Notes: a model not told the origin generated them from the letters alone. Numbered from the stretch's first letter, positions 17,058 through 27,878 are shown. The stretch: DNA of 64,000 nt from an uncultured virus (IMG/VR IMGVR_UViG_3300006803_000022) (IMGVR_UViG_3300006803_000022), one strand, 5' to 3'. Program-made: numbers and translations.

Positions 17058-19082
17058 ATGGCCAAAGTTAATGTACCAGCACCGGGCGGCACGTTCGCAG
17101 GTGCAACCACTGACCGTGGTCGTACTCCCGGTGGAAGATTCAATGGAGATGGTATCTCTGGTTTCGTTCCACAGATTCTACAAGATAGCATCTTATGGAT
17201 CGGACCTAATCCACCGACAGGTAGTCAGTACATCCTTTGGATCAATACTGAGGATGCCCGTTGGTACGGTAAATGGAACGATGGAGACTCACTACAGTGG
17301 GTTGACCTGTCCCTACCCTTCGGAGAAGGACTACCCGGCCCACAGGGCGTACAGGGAGCCAGAGGACTAACAGGTCCTATCGGCATCGGTATACCTACCG
17401 GTGGTGCTACTAACGAGATTCTTGTTAAGATTGATGGCACAGACTACAACACCACTTGGGGTGTTCGCCCTCTGGATGGACTGAATGTACTTACGGGTAT
17501 AGCAGTCCCCTCAGATGTAGGTGATGGTGTAGACGGTGAGCACTACATTAACACATCTACATGGGAGATCTTTGGTCCCAAAGCTGGAGGAGCATGGCCA
17601 GCTGGTGTAAGTCTGATCGGACCGCAAGGTGCTACGGGCTTGACCGGAACGTCAACTCTAACTGGAGTCATCGATCCTACCACAGAAGGTAATGACGGTG
17701 ATGTCTATATCAACACTGCTACCTATGACCACTTCGGTCCAAAGGCTGCAGGTGTTTGGCCAGCAGGGGTATCTCTCCTCGGCACTGACGGCAACACTGT
17801 TCTTAACGGTGTAGTCGCCCCTACGACAGAAGGTGTAGATGGAGACTTCTTCATCGACACTGCGCTGAATGATATATACGGACCTAAAGCTGGCGGATCA
17901 TGGGCCGGGGGAACCTCACTAGTTGGTCCCCAAGGTACATCGACTCTGACTGGAGTCATCGATCCTACCACAGAGGGTAATGACGGTGATGTCTATATCA
18001 ACACTGCTACCTATGACCACTTCGGTCCAAAGGCTGCAGGTGTGTGGCCAGCTGGTGTATCATTACTAGGTACTGATGGAAACACCGTACTTAATGGTGT
18101 AATCGCCCCTACGACAGAAGGTGTAGATGGAGACTTCTACATTGACACTGCTCTTGACCAGATATACGGACCTAAAGCCGCTGGTGTATGGGGTTCTGCT
18201 ACTGATCTTTTCGGAGCAGATGGACTAGGCGTACCCGCTGGTGGTACCACAGATCAGGTTCTCTCTAAGATCGATGGAACAGACAACAACACATACTGGG
18301 CAACCCCAGCTGTAGCACTACCTGCTGGTGGTACTACTGATCAGGTTCTGGCTAAGGTGTCAGCAGCTGACGGTGATGCTGACTGGGTCTCCGTTGTTAA
18401 CGTACTGGGAGGTGCTGCAGCTTACGACTTCAGAATAACATTCCAGACCGCTCCAACCGCATCTGAGGTCCTTGAAAGGATCATAGTAGCAAGGGAGATC
18501 ACCTTCACTGGTAACTTTGCTAACTCGGTTGGACTAGTTGGTACTAATCCTACAGCAACCTTTGACATAGATGTTCAGGATGATGCTGTATCGATTGGCA
18601 CCATATCCATATCTACTGGTGGTGTCCTAACATTCACCACTACCTCTGGAACAGACAAGATAGTTGCAGCAGGATCAGAATTAGAGTTCATTGCTCCTGT
18701 TGGAGTAGATGCGACCATAGCAGATGTAGACATATCCGTAGCTGGTGAGGCTGTTGGCGCTCTTAGTAATGTCAATGTTCTCATCGCTGGTACAGATATA
18801 ACAGCAAGTCAAAACGTGACAGATGACCTCCTTGTCGGTAACACATGGCAAGACGTTGATCCATCTGGTGGTAACATAACCCTCACTACGGTTATAGGTA
18901 CTACAGGGGATCAACCAGTAACCTTTGAGAACGTGGACGTTACGAACAACGTACTATTCGTTGCTGGTGCAAGCACAACTATCAATTCGCTGAATGGACT
19001 TACACTACCCCCGGGTGGAGTAGCTGTCCTGATGCCTAAAGGGGGCGGTGTTTACAGACTTATTGGAGACGTCACGGTATGA
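17058..19082 (+). CDS. tail fibre with collagen-like and GxDGDxYINT repeats
   Basis: GxY triplets, five PxxxGxDG(D/E)x(Y/F)I(N/D)T...(Y/F)GPK..G.W repeats, GGTTDQVL.K motifs. Confidence 0.8.
   Translation: MAKVNVPAPGGTFAGATTDRGRTPGGRFNGDGISGFVPQILQDSILWIGPNPPTGSQYILWINTEDARWYGKWNDGDSLQWVDLSLPFGEGLPGPQGVQGARGLTGPIGIGIPTGGATNEILVKIDGTDYNTTWGVRPLDGLNVLTGIAVPSDVGDGVDGEHYINTSTWEIFGPKAGGAWPAGVSLIGPQGATGLTGTSTLTGVIDPTTEGNDGDVYINTATYDHFGPKAAGVWPAGVSLLGTDGNTVLNGVVAPTTEGVDGDFFIDTALNDIYGPKAGGSWAGGTSLVGPQGTSTLTGVIDPTTEGNDGDVYINTATYDHFGPKAAGVWPAGVSLLGTDGNTVLNGVIAPTTEGVDGDFYIDTALDQIYGPKAAGVWGSATDLFGADGLGVPAGGTTDQVLSKIDGTDNNTYWATPAVALPAGGTTDQVLAKVSAADGDADWVSVVNVLGGAAAYDFRITFQTAPTASEVLERIIVAREITFTGNFANSVGLVGTNPTATFDIDVQDDAVSIGTISISTGGVLTFTTTSGTDKIVAAGSELEFIAPVGVDATIADVDISVAGEAVGALSNVNVLIAGTDITASQNVTDDLLVGNTWQDVDPSGGNITLTTVIGTTGDQPVTFENVDVTNNVLFVAGASTTINSLNGLTLPPGGVAVLMPKGGGVYRLIGDVTV
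17661..18178 (+). repeat. near-identical intragenic duplication, 288-bp period
   Basis: 17661-17890 matches 17949-18178 (actggagtcatcgatcctaccacaga...). Confidence 0.9.
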
Positions 19083-19708
19083 ATATTGTATTTTCTATCG
19101 GAGTACTTGGTCAGCAATCGTATGTGACACCCTTAATTTCTGGCATGCCCAGCGCTAGGTATTTCCGTATCGACAATGTGTCGTATGTAGGTGGAAATCC
19201 ACAGATCTACTACATGGCCTTTCTAGATGGTGGGACAAAACTAATCCCATCGTCTATTACAACTATAGCTGGTGATAGCACAACAACCCTCTCAACTAAT
19301 CAAAATAACCTATCCGAGATTATAGCAACATATACCTACTACGACTTCGACTTCGGAGTTGATGTAGCTCCAGACGAGATTATAATCAAGTTCAATGAAC
19401 AAGACATAGATTACATATCCTCGTTTGATGTCAGTGTATCCCCAGACAATATAGTCTGGACTAAGATAGGAGATGTTACAGTTACAGAAAGCTTTGCAGC
19501 TGGTGACTTATTCGACGGTGAGAGCTTATACTTCAACTTTGGAGTTGAGTCTGGAGTAATGGCACAGCCAGCACCTTATGTAGTACTCGCAGCTAGTGCC
19601 AATGCTCTAATAGCACAATCACACGACGCATACACTATACTCGGTGGGTATGACAAAGGTGTAGCAGCACAATCACACGATGCATACGTCATCACAAAAC
19701 CAGTATAG
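19079..19708 (+). CDS. tail protein with possible discoidin/F5-8-like domain
   Basis: ARYFRI and FDVSVSPDNIVWT motifs. Confidence 0.55.
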   Translation: MNIVFSIGVLGQQSYVTPLISGMPSARYFRIDNVSYVGGNPQIYYMAFLDGGTKLIPSSITTIAGDSTTTLSTNQNNLSEIIATYTYYDFDFGVDVAPDEIIIKFNEQDIDYISSFDVSVSPDNIVWTKIGDVTVTESFAAGDLFDGESLYFNFGVESGVMAQPAPYVVLAASANALIAQSHDAYTILGGYDKGVAAQSHDAYVITKPV

Positions 19709-19717
19709 GAGAATAGC

Positions 19718-20707
19718 ATGACTATAACATTCGTGACTAATAATATAGAAGACTTTCAAGGTGGATTACATACTACCACATCGACTTATTTCGACGCTAC
19801 TTATACAGATAGGGCCATTTATGAAAACTCCCCGACGAACTCAACACAACCTCTAAGTATAGGTCATAATGTTGATGTTTCAGCGGCCGCTTCAGTATCT
19901 CTTCACTTCGACTTCTATGGTCCACTATCTAACAGCTCGGTAGCTGATGGTGATTGGGGTAGGTTCAGATCGCCTGATGGATCACTTATGGTGTACCTTG
20001 ATTTCCTAGACGGTAATGTACGGTGCAACTGCTACAACGCTGCAGGATCAAGCGCTACTGGTGGAAGCAGTCCAATAATTGACGGATCAGTAAACTCGTA
20101 CGATCTTATATACGAGGACGATGGAGTTAACTGCACGGCTACCCTATATCAAAACGAGACGATTATAAGCACATCTACACTAGCAGCCGCTGGTGGAAAG
20201 AAGATGCCTGTTAGTATGCAGTTTGCTCATAACGATATGTTCGGTACTCCCGGGGTATTCGCCTACAGCCAGATCATATTTGCACATGATGAGTCTACAG
20301 TTGGTATGAAATTAGAGAGACTAGTTGCTGATACTATTGGATTCTATACCGACATGTCCGCTACCATAACAGAGATAAATGATTATGATAGAGGTACTGG
20401 TTGGTCTAGTGGTACGGCTACTGATAAGAACTCATTCAACCTACCCACATATACAACACCTGCTGGTAGGCTCATTCACTCACTCAATGCTCAGACAACA
20501 CTTAGGATCGGTACTACCGGACCACAGAACATACGTCAGTTCTTGAGGATTGGTGGAACTGACTATGCTGCTGCTGCTGACTACACTCCTACAGCACACC
20601 AATTTGGTAAGCATTGTGACTCTTGGACTACTGATCCCTCTACAGCTGTAGCATGGACTGGTGCAGGAGTATCCGCTGCTGAGATGGGATTCGAGGCTAA
20701 AACCTAA
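19718..20707 (+). CDS. tail-associated lectin-like protein
   Basis: 329 aa; C-terminal WTTDPSTAVAWT motif. Confidence 0.55.
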   Translation: MTITFVTNNIEDFQGGLHTTTSTYFDATYTDRAIYENSPTNSTQPLSIGHNVDVSAAASVSLHFDFYGPLSNSSVADGDWGRFRSPDGSLMVYLDFLDGNVRCNCYNAAGSSATGGSSPIIDGSVNSYDLIYEDDGVNCTATLYQNETIISTSTLAAAGGKKMPVSMQFAHNDMFGTPGVFAYSQIIFAHDESTVGMKLERLVADTIGFYTDMSATITEINDYDRGTGWSSGTATDKNSFNLPTYTTPAGRLIHSLNAQTTLRIGTTGPQNIRQFLRIGGTDYAAAADYTPTAHQFGKHCDSWTTDPSTAVAWTGAGVSAAEMGFEAKT

Positions 20708-21198
20708 TGTTACTCAATCCACCAAGATATAAATACCCACTGTATGGACTAATAGCTCTAAGCACAGAGTTGGTGGCCTTCAGGTTAATCAAGACGGCTG
20801 CACCTAACGAGACAGCGTCTGTTGTTGATGTACCTGTCAAGGTTACATACAACGTGACTGAGTTTGATACACACACAGCTGTATCATCTAGTATATTCAC
20901 AGTACCGGCAGCTGCCAATGGAAGACCTATGCAGTTCAGTTCTGGTATCTACTTCGGACTAAGCGAACAACCAGAAACATCTGTACAGGTATCAACCAAT
21001 GGTGGAGGATCGTGGTCATTTATATCCCGATACCGTGATCAGAATGTTGATTACTTCTCGGCAATAACTCCATTGGTCAAAGTCACAACAGGTCATCAAT
21101 ATAGATCTGTCCTTCTGGTAGACGATGGTTCAGCTAATGCTGTAGCAGATGCTCTCGGTGGTAAGCTGACACACTTCTCAGGACACACAGTAAAATGA
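20707..21198 (+). CDS. C1q/TNF-like jelly-roll protein (1 domain)
   Basis: VTYNVTEFDT...FTVPA...G pattern. Confidence 0.5.
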   Translation: MLLNPPRYKYPLYGLIALSTELVAFRLIKTAAPNETASVVDVPVKVTYNVTEFDTHTAVSSSIFTVPAAANGRPMQFSSGIYFGLSEQPETSVQVSTNGGGSWSFISRYRDQNVDYFSAITPLVKVTTGHQYRSVLLVDDGSANAVADALGGKLTHFSGHTVK

Positions 21199-22436
21199 CA
21201 CAATTTAGATATCAACGAACAGTAAATGCTTCATACACAGGAAACTACAATACGGTCTGGGATGACAAGATATTCGACCCAGATGGTGTGGTTAGTGGTG
21301 CTACCTTCACAGTACCTGCCTCATGGAACGGTAAGTACATGTGCTTATACTACTGCCATCGTACAACCGCAAACATATCTGGTTTCCTTGGACTACAATA
21401 CAAGCCGAGTGGGGGTGCGTGGCAACTACTTAACTACTCAGAGATGACTGCATCTCCCGGGGATCACATCGGTTCTGGTGTATTACTTGCCAATACAGGA
21501 GATCAGTATAGGACTTACGCTGGTGGAAGCGCTACCGTGCTAGGATCAGTACGACATTCCTTCTCTGGTCACCTACTTGGTGAAGACTGGCATGTGCATG
21601 AAGCGTTCAAAGCAAGTGCTGCCAGCACTCAATCTGTTAGTGATACGGTCCTTACACGAATGACTACGCTAACTAATATAGAGTTTGATGATACTGGTGA
21701 CGTTAGTGGTAGTGTATTCATAGTACCCCCTGAACTAGATGGGGGATTCGGAGTATTCACTGCCTCAGTACTTTCAACATCATCAAGTGAGGAGAGTATA
21801 GCTATATTCGCGATTGTATCTACTGATGATGGGGCATCCTACCCTACCGCTAACTCTTACGGACAGGGTGATATCACTGATGGAGTAGCATGCATAGCAT
21901 CTACTGGTGTAGTTAGGCTAAAAGAAGGTGAAAGGTGGGGTGCCGTAGTGTACAACGTCACAACTGGTATGACAATTAAAGCTGACAGCATATCCTCTCT
22001 ATCAGGATTCGTCTGGATACCTCGTCGCACTCCTACCCTTATCGCAAACTATAACCTCCGTAGAGATGGGACTAACTTCAATGCTGGGAACGGTGTGTAT
22101 CTGGCGATAGACTACGAGAATATCATCGAGGATCCTTCAGGACTTCTGTCAAGTGGTGCTACGACTATAACGGCACCAGAAGGAGCAGTGTATGCTATTG
22201 CTTCTGCACAGACTCGTAATAACAGTGTGGGGGCTGGCTACAATAGTCTGGAAATTCGTAAAAATGGGACATCCATTGGTAGACAAGGTATACACAACTC
22301 AGACTATGCTACACTGTTAGTATCCTCACTATGCACATGTTCTGAGGGTGATACATTTCAATCTCTTATCATTGCTGATAGTGCTTCTACTAATGTTCAG
22401 CAAGATACAAAATTCTCGGTGGCATTCTATGGTTAA
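21195..22436 (+). CDS. C1q/TNF-like protein (about 3 domains)
   Basis: Three repeats of (F/E)D..G..S...(F/I)(T/I)(V/A)P. Confidence 0.5.
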   Translation: MTQFRYQRTVNASYTGNYNTVWDDKIFDPDGVVSGATFTVPASWNGKYMCLYYCHRTTANISGFLGLQYKPSGGAWQLLNYSEMTASPGDHIGSGVLLANTGDQYRTYAGGSATVLGSVRHSFSGHLLGEDWHVHEAFKASAASTQSVSDTVLTRMTTLTNIEFDDTGDVSGSVFIVPPELDGGFGVFTASVLSTSSSEESIAIFAIVSTDDGASYPTANSYGQGDITDGVACIASTGVVRLKEGERWGAVVYNVTTGMTIKADSISSLSGFVWIPRRTPTLIANYNLRRDGTNFNAGNGVYLAIDYENIIEDPSGLLSSGATTITAPEGAVYAIASAQTRNNSVGAGYNSLEIRKNGTSIGRQGIHNSDYATLLVSSLCTCSEGDTFQSLIIADSASTNVQQDTKFSVAFYG

Positions 22437-23241
22437 AGGTGTAATACTAACAAGAACGACCGACTGGGCAACAGTCGATGATGTTGTAACTCAATGTCCT
22501 TGGACAACTGAAACCAAGTACGGTGATGCCTCCGGATTCGATTATTGGACCTCGGGTGCAACAGCAACACTACCAGTAGATGGAAGTGCTTCACACTACG
22601 AGGTATTCTCATTCGCTGAATCACTGAATACGTCAAGTGAGACCTACTATTTGGGTACCGTAGGTACCAATATCGAATGGTACGGTATCTTGCAAGACAG
22701 TGCAGGACCGGGAAAAGGAACCAGATCAGGTCTAGTACCTTATGTTTCTGGTAACACTGCAGCCCTACAGTTCAGAAGCTTTGGATCACAGCACTTCCTA
22801 TTCGAGAAAGAGTCTCTGCATTTAGCTATTCTGGTAGACCCAACACCTATGGCAGTTGCATCCACCGGATCAGCTATCCAGACGAACCTAGGGTCAGTCC
22901 CAACTTCACTCACAGTGATTAAACCAACTATAGGGTACGATCCAGAAGGTGTGTACGATATATCTACAGGCTTCTTCACGGCACCCTATGGATCTACATT
23001 CGTGGTACCCAGTATAAACTTCTCATCTACACCTTATGAGGCGGATGACACAACTACCGCACTGTACAAAAACGGTGTTCAGGTAGGGACTTATGAAGAG
23101 GGTAACTCAGGAAGATCACCATCTATCGGGTGTTGGGGACTTTGGCCGACTGTAGAGGGAGACACATGGTCTTTCAGAGTCAGTAAGCCAACTTCAGCAG
23201 TAACATATGACAGCTTCTTTGCCAGCTGTGAATTCTACTAA
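22429..23241 (+). CDS. C1q/TNF-like protein (about 2 domains)
   Basis: YDPEGVYDISTGFFTAP; start re-assigned to ATG 22429. Confidence 0.5.
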   Translation: MVKGVILTRTTDWATVDDVVTQCPWTTETKYGDASGFDYWTSGATATLPVDGSASHYEVFSFAESLNTSSETYYLGTVGTNIEWYGILQDSAGPGKGTRSGLVPYVSGNTAALQFRSFGSQHFLFEKESLHLAILVDPTPMAVASTGSAIQTNLGSVPTSLTVIKPTIGYDPEGVYDISTGFFTAPYGSTFVVPSINFSSTPYEADDTTTALYKNGVQVGTYEEGNSGRSPSIGCWGLWPTVEGDTWSFRVSKPTSAVTYDSFFASCEFY

Positions 23242-23253
23242 AATAAGGAGGCC

Positions 23254-23724
23254 ATGATGGCATCATTTAACTTCCCGGCTAGTCCGATAACAGGAGTCAT
23301 CACACTAAACGTAGACTCTGGTGTAACCTATCAGTGGCAAGCAGCAGGGTATTGGAAGTCAATCAAGTATGATGACCCAAGTCTAGTGCCTCCTATGTTT
23401 TGCTTTAGGCAATCAGGACCTCCGGCCAACGACACGATACGTCTACTGAGGGCTTTCATCCCCAGTGGCTATCGTGTGGACCTTAGTACCTTCGAGTACT
23501 CCCTATCTGCTAACCCTGCTTCTGGTCAAAACTTTGACCTGCTGGTTAATGGAGTAAGGAGTACCGATCAGATAACCGTATCTAGCGGTGGTGTGGTCAA
23601 TGTAGTTGATACTCGTGGTCCTTATGATGGACCGCTGGAACTAACACTATACGCAGAGCTATCTGCACCAATTGATGCTACTTTCGGTACGCTGACAGTA
23701 GTAACAGAGATGGAGATAATCTAA
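23254..23724 (+). CDS. tail fibre-associated protein
   Basis: FNFPASP...GVTYQW...WK N-terminal motif. Confidence 0.55.
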   Translation: MMASFNFPASPITGVITLNVDSGVTYQWQAAGYWKSIKYDDPSLVPPMFCFRQSGPPANDTIRLLRAFIPSGYRVDLSTFEYSLSANPASGQNFDLLVNGVRSTDQITVSSGGVVNVVDTRGPYDGPLELTLYAELSAPIDATFGTLTVVTEMEII

Positions 23725-25361
23725 TGGTAGAGGGACCAATCACAGGGACAGAAATCAATTTCCCTAATCTACCTGTAGTTGATGAGGAGTTCCAAGCAAC
23801 TAATAAGTTTGTCTATCAATGGACAGACGAGAATAGGTGGAAGAACATACACAGACCACTAGTAGTCTCTGACAATCTTTGGGGTACTACAGATGATCCC
23901 GATGCGGACGACTGGGTAAAGGATGTTGTACCTGTTAATGTATCCGGTGGTGGTTTCAATGTACTACCATTCACCTCTAAGACAGAGCCAAAGTTTGACG
24001 CTTACAGTGGCAGTGTTACCGCGCTGTACATGGTGCAGGAACGACCGGGTGAGAGTGAGTATACCTTCCCTTATGAATGGGTGCAGGGTAATGCACAGTA
24101 TATGAATGGTAGATTTCTACACCAACCACTTCTTATAGATAATACCTTCTGGTACATCAACATAACCTTCCTCGACATCGCTCCATCCTCAGAGGCTAGA
24201 GTGGTGATGCCAGTACATGACTTAGGTGATCCATCTAAGCTTGACGAGGTAACATTCAAACTTACTGTTAGCTGCAAGCATGTATGGTTAGGTGGACTAG
24301 ACTCAGTACCCTTCCAGAATGAGTTCTCTATCTATGGTAGAAGATTAGATGGAACGAGTAACGCGGTATCTGGTGGTGCAGCTGGTGACTTTGGGACTAT
24401 GCAGAGAAATCAGAGAATCGAAGGATTGTCAATTCAGTGTAATTTCCCCGCGACAAATATAGGGGAGCAGTACTGGGTAGTCTTCGAATTAAGCCAAGAC
24501 CCTAGCTTCTACTACTATGATGTTATCGCTGAGATCGAGGATCCGTACGGTCCGGCTAACCCAAACTTCTATCCAGTGGGGTTCTCAACGAACTCATCTA
24601 TGGATAGATCAATGGTCACGTTCGAGGGTGATCCCCTTGCAGCTAGTATACCACCACCAAAGCTACTTCAGCTTAGGCACAATGAACCGGGCACCCTAGG
24701 GGATACGGTAACGGAACAGGTCTTTGATTCAACAACCTTCAGGGATGTTAATACAAAGGCGACAGAAGAGATCAAGTTCACAGCGATACACTGCCAAGAC
24801 TCCGGAGAAGGATTCGTTGGTGCAAGAGATGACACTAACACCTTAGAGTATAGACACATGAGAGTCCCTTATGATCTTTCTACTACTGGTGACACTGTGT
24901 TTGACGCAGAGATGGACTACGACTTTACAGACTTTGCCAGTGAAAGCCCAGTGCTTACAGGTGAAATCAAGGATATATCAGTAGACCCTAATGGGTTCTA
25001 TGTATATATACTACTCGACACTTCGATAAATAGATATATACTTAGCACAGCGTGGGATGTCAGTTCACTAGATCCAAATGTATTTACTACTTTGGACGTT
25101 TCTGGCTTTGACCCTACCATGTTCACTATGACCCTAGATGGTCGTATCGTCCTGCTTGGTAAATCTGGAGTATTGAAACAGATCATACTAGACAATCCGT
25201 GGGACTTCACGGGTGCTATAGACACAGGTACCGAAAGGGCTTTCGCAATCAACGATCCAGTTGGAATTACGGTATCACCTGATAACAAAACAATGCTAGT
25301 CCTAGATATACCAGCGGTATTAGACGGTGGGTACGAGTTAATCAGCTTTACCAAAGCTTAG
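23724..25361 (+). CDS. tail fibre/receptor-binding protein with C-terminal beta-propeller-like region
   Basis: INFPNLP...YQW...WK N-terminus; YILSTAWDVSS and LDNPWDFT repeats. Confidence 0.6.
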   Translation: MVEGPITGTEINFPNLPVVDEEFQATNKFVYQWTDENRWKNIHRPLVVSDNLWGTTDDPDADDWVKDVVPVNVSGGGFNVLPFTSKTEPKFDAYSGSVTALYMVQERPGESEYTFPYEWVQGNAQYMNGRFLHQPLLIDNTFWYINITFLDIAPSSEARVVMPVHDLGDPSKLDEVTFKLTVSCKHVWLGGLDSVPFQNEFSIYGRRLDGTSNAVSGGAAGDFGTMQRNQRIEGLSIQCNFPATNIGEQYWVVFELSQDPSFYYYDVIAEIEDPYGPANPNFYPVGFSTNSSMDRSMVTFEGDPLAASIPPPKLLQLRHNEPGTLGDTVTEQVFDSTTFRDVNTKATEEIKFTAIHCQDSGEGFVGARDDTNTLEYRHMRVPYDLSTTGDTVFDAEMDYDFTDFASESPVLTGEIKDISVDPNGFYVYILLDTSINRYILSTAWDVSSLDPNVFTTLDVSGFDPTMFTMTLDGRIVLLGKSGVLKQIILDNPWDFTGAIDTGTERAFAINDPVGITVSPDNKTMLVLDIPAVLDGGYELISFTKA

Positions 25362-25369
25362 GAAAAATA

Positions 25370-25645
25370 ATGACCATTGAACCAGTAAAACTAAACACAG
25401 AGACAATCTTTGGGGATCTCATGATACGTCTGGGAAAGGTGGAGGAAGGACAGAATGAACTTATCAGAAAGAACTATGAGTTCGATAAGGAACTGTCCAA
25501 ACTAGAGATAGATCTAAAGTACATCAGAGAGGGACTCGACCAGACCAAGGGTGGCATCAACAAGCTGCTCTGGGGTATCGCGGGTGTCTTCATCACAACT
25601 GTCGTCAGCTTTGTACTACAAGGCGGTTATACAGTTGTAAATTGA
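25370..25645 (+). CDS. XhlA-like holin/membrane protein
   Basis: Coiled coil plus C-terminal TM helix. Confidence 0.55.
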   Translation: MTIEPVKLNTETIFGDLMIRLGKVEEGQNELIRKNYEFDKELSKLEIDLKYIREGLDQTKGGINKLLWGIAGVFITTVVSFVLQGGYTVVN

Positions 25646-25655
25646 GGTAACACAT

Positions 25656-26099
25656 ATGTACCTACCAATACTATCACCTATCCTAGAAGTAATCGGATCC
25701 CTTGGGGGTTCGTGGATAGAGAAACAGAAGGTTATAGCAGAAGGATCTATAGCGATTGCCAGAGCGAGAGCAGAGGCAAAAGCACACATACAGATCACTA
25801 AAGCTACAGCCGAGATCGAATGGGAAAAGACGATGGCTCAGGCCTCGGAAGGATCGTGGAAGGATGAACTATGGACTATCTTCTTTGTCCTCATCCTAGC
25901 CCTATCCTTCATTCCCGGCATGGATCCCTACATACAACAGGGCTTCGACAATATAGCTACTCTTCCAGATTGGTTTGGTTACGCTGTAATGCTAGCAATA
26001 TCTGCAGCATTTGGTAAGAACATCGTGAAAGACTTCACGTCTCTATCCAACAACAGAAAACATCCAATGCCAGAGAATGCTAATCAGATAATTAAATAG
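25656..26099 (+). CDS. holin (GTA 3TM-like)
   Basis: SWKDELWT motif, TM helices, LPDWF. Confidence 0.7.
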   Translation: MYLPILSPILEVIGSLGGSWIEKQKVIAEGSIAIARARAEAKAHIQITKATAEIEWEKTMAQASEGSWKDELWTIFFVLILALSFIPGMDPYIQQGFDNIATLPDWFGYAVMLAISAAFGKNIVKDFTSLSNNRKHPMPENANQIIK

Positions 26100-26108
26100 G
26101 AGAAAGGA

Positions 26109-27878
26109 ATGCCAATTGCACCCCTTGAGAATATCGGACTTGGTGGTTTACTAACCGACATGCCGAAAGAGTCCCTTGATCTCACTTACTGGGACACTGG
26201 CCTTGATATGCGCTCCTATGAGGGTGCGCTTAGAGGCGTACCTGACTTCGATACAAATGCAGCTTCCGTAAGGCTCTATCAGAATGCATCTGATGGTGTT
26301 GACTACACGACCAACGAGGTAAGTATCAAGCCCCTAGAGATAGCCCAGTGGACTTCCGCTGGAACAGATCAGGTGGATATCCTTACCATTGGAGTCGATG
26401 AGCTTGATGTGGGTACTATCTACCTAACAGGACAAGGCTTCGACCCAGCTGTGGTAACAGAGCTTAACAAGGTAACTGCGTTTTCATACGATCCCAAGTT
26501 CGGGATACAGGCGTTTGTGTTCAACGAGATCGCTGTATTAAACACGACAACAGCACAACCCATGTACTCCTTTGACAAAGAGAACTTCTACACCATTCCC
26601 AACTGGTTTGGTGAATCTACTGGAGCGGATATCACAAACGTATCCCAGTACACAGTCTATCAAGTATCGATTGTAACTACAGACGACTGGTCTTCCATTG
26701 GTGGACCGACAAAGGTTGTGGTTGGTACTGTGTTTACTGCTACAGTTACAGATGCTGATATCTCTGCACTAGGTTCAGTAAAAACAATGAACCACTACTC
26801 GTGCAAGAAGATGACAAAGTATAACGGTAGGCTAGTCGCCTTGAACCTGTTCAATGATTTGAACGATGGTGATCCGGCTAACGATATCAGATCTCCAATC
26901 GAGATCGCATACTCATCTTCCGTATCAGATATTGGAACGATCATTGACCTAGAATGGTACGCAAGCTTTAGGAATACTGCTGGCAACCTGTTCCTCACAC
27001 AGACACCCGGTAGGGTAGTCGATGCCAAACAGCTTGGTGAGTTCCTGATGGTCTACAAGACCGATGCCGTTATCCGGCTGCAGGACACAGGGGAACCGTT
27101 GTTCCTTGTCGGGGATACTGCCTTCCTAGATGATGGCGTTTTGTCGGAGGGTTGTATAGCGGACATTGGTTCTAACAGACACTTTGTCGTTGGACAGTTC
27201 GGTATCTACATACACTCTGGTGGTCCGGATAAGGAAGTCATCAGTAACAATAAGGTTGAGACATTCTTCTATGGAGATCTCCCAGCCTCAATTGCTGACC
27301 GTAACCTGACATTCGTATTCCATAACTCAATCGATAAGGAAGTGTGGACATGCTATAGGCATGCAGCAGCAGCTACAGGTGGCACCTACAAAGGGTGTAC
27401 CCGAGCACTGGTGTACAACTATGAGCAGGGCACATGGTACCTAAGAACTTTGCCAAATGTCACTACTCTGATCGAGACTGAGATCGAGGGTGCAGTACGC
27501 ATCTTTGCCTCATCGGTTGATGTAGAAGCTAACTCCGCATCAGTGGGTACACTGTATGAACTCTCTAGCACTCTTGTGCCTGATGGGTATGTACAATGGA
27601 CTTCTCGTGGTCTTGGTAACGTAAATCAAGTAAAGGCTGTTGATGGCTTATGGCCTACATCAGAGAACGAGTTTGATATTCGTATTGTATCTGCTGCTAC
27701 TCCTGCTCCTCCTGACGTTGGGGCTTCGACACCAAGGAGATACGATCCTGATACTTCTTATAAAGTAGACTTCCGAGAACTGGGTAGATACTACTCCGTC
27801 CGTTTCGCAATGAATGGATCAGTTGACCCTAGGATCTCTGCAGTCCTCTCAGACTCAAGAATGTCAGGGGAAAGGTAA
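26109..27878 (+). CDS. tail nozzle / tubular protein B
   Basis: 589 aa; GLGGLLTDMP N-terminus, propeller repeats, DFRELGRYYSVRF C-terminus. Confidence 0.7.
   Translation: MPIAPLENIGLGGLLTDMPKESLDLTYWDTGLDMRSYEGALRGVPDFDTNAASVRLYQNASDGVDYTTNEVSIKPLEIAQWTSAGTDQVDILTIGVDELDVGTIYLTGQGFDPAVVTELNKVTAFSYDPKFGIQAFVFNEIAVLNTTTAQPMYSFDKENFYTIPNWFGESTGADITNVSQYTVYQVSIVTTDDWSSIGGPTKVVVGTVFTATVTDADISALGSVKTMNHYSCKKMTKYNGRLVALNLFNDLNDGDPANDIRSPIEIAYSSSVSDIGTIIDLEWYASFRNTAGNLFLTQTPGRVVDAKQLGEFLMVYKTDAVIRLQDTGEPLFLVGDTAFLDDGVLSEGCIADIGSNRHFVVGQFGIYIHSGGPDKEVISNNKVETFFYGDLPASIADRNLTFVFHNSIDKEVWTCYRHAAAATGGTYKGCTRALVYNYEQGTWYLRTLPNVTTLIETEIEGAVRIFASSVDVEANSASVGTLYELSSTLVPDGYVQWTSRGLGNVNQVKAVDGLWPTSENEFDIRIVSAATPAPPDVGASTPRRYDPDTSYKVDFRELGRYYSVRFAMNGSVDPRISAVLSDSRMSGER

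Noticed and set aside
17661..18178. Diversity-generating retroelement TR/VR pair
   Set aside because: In-frame tandem protein repeat with mostly synonymous differences; no RT gene
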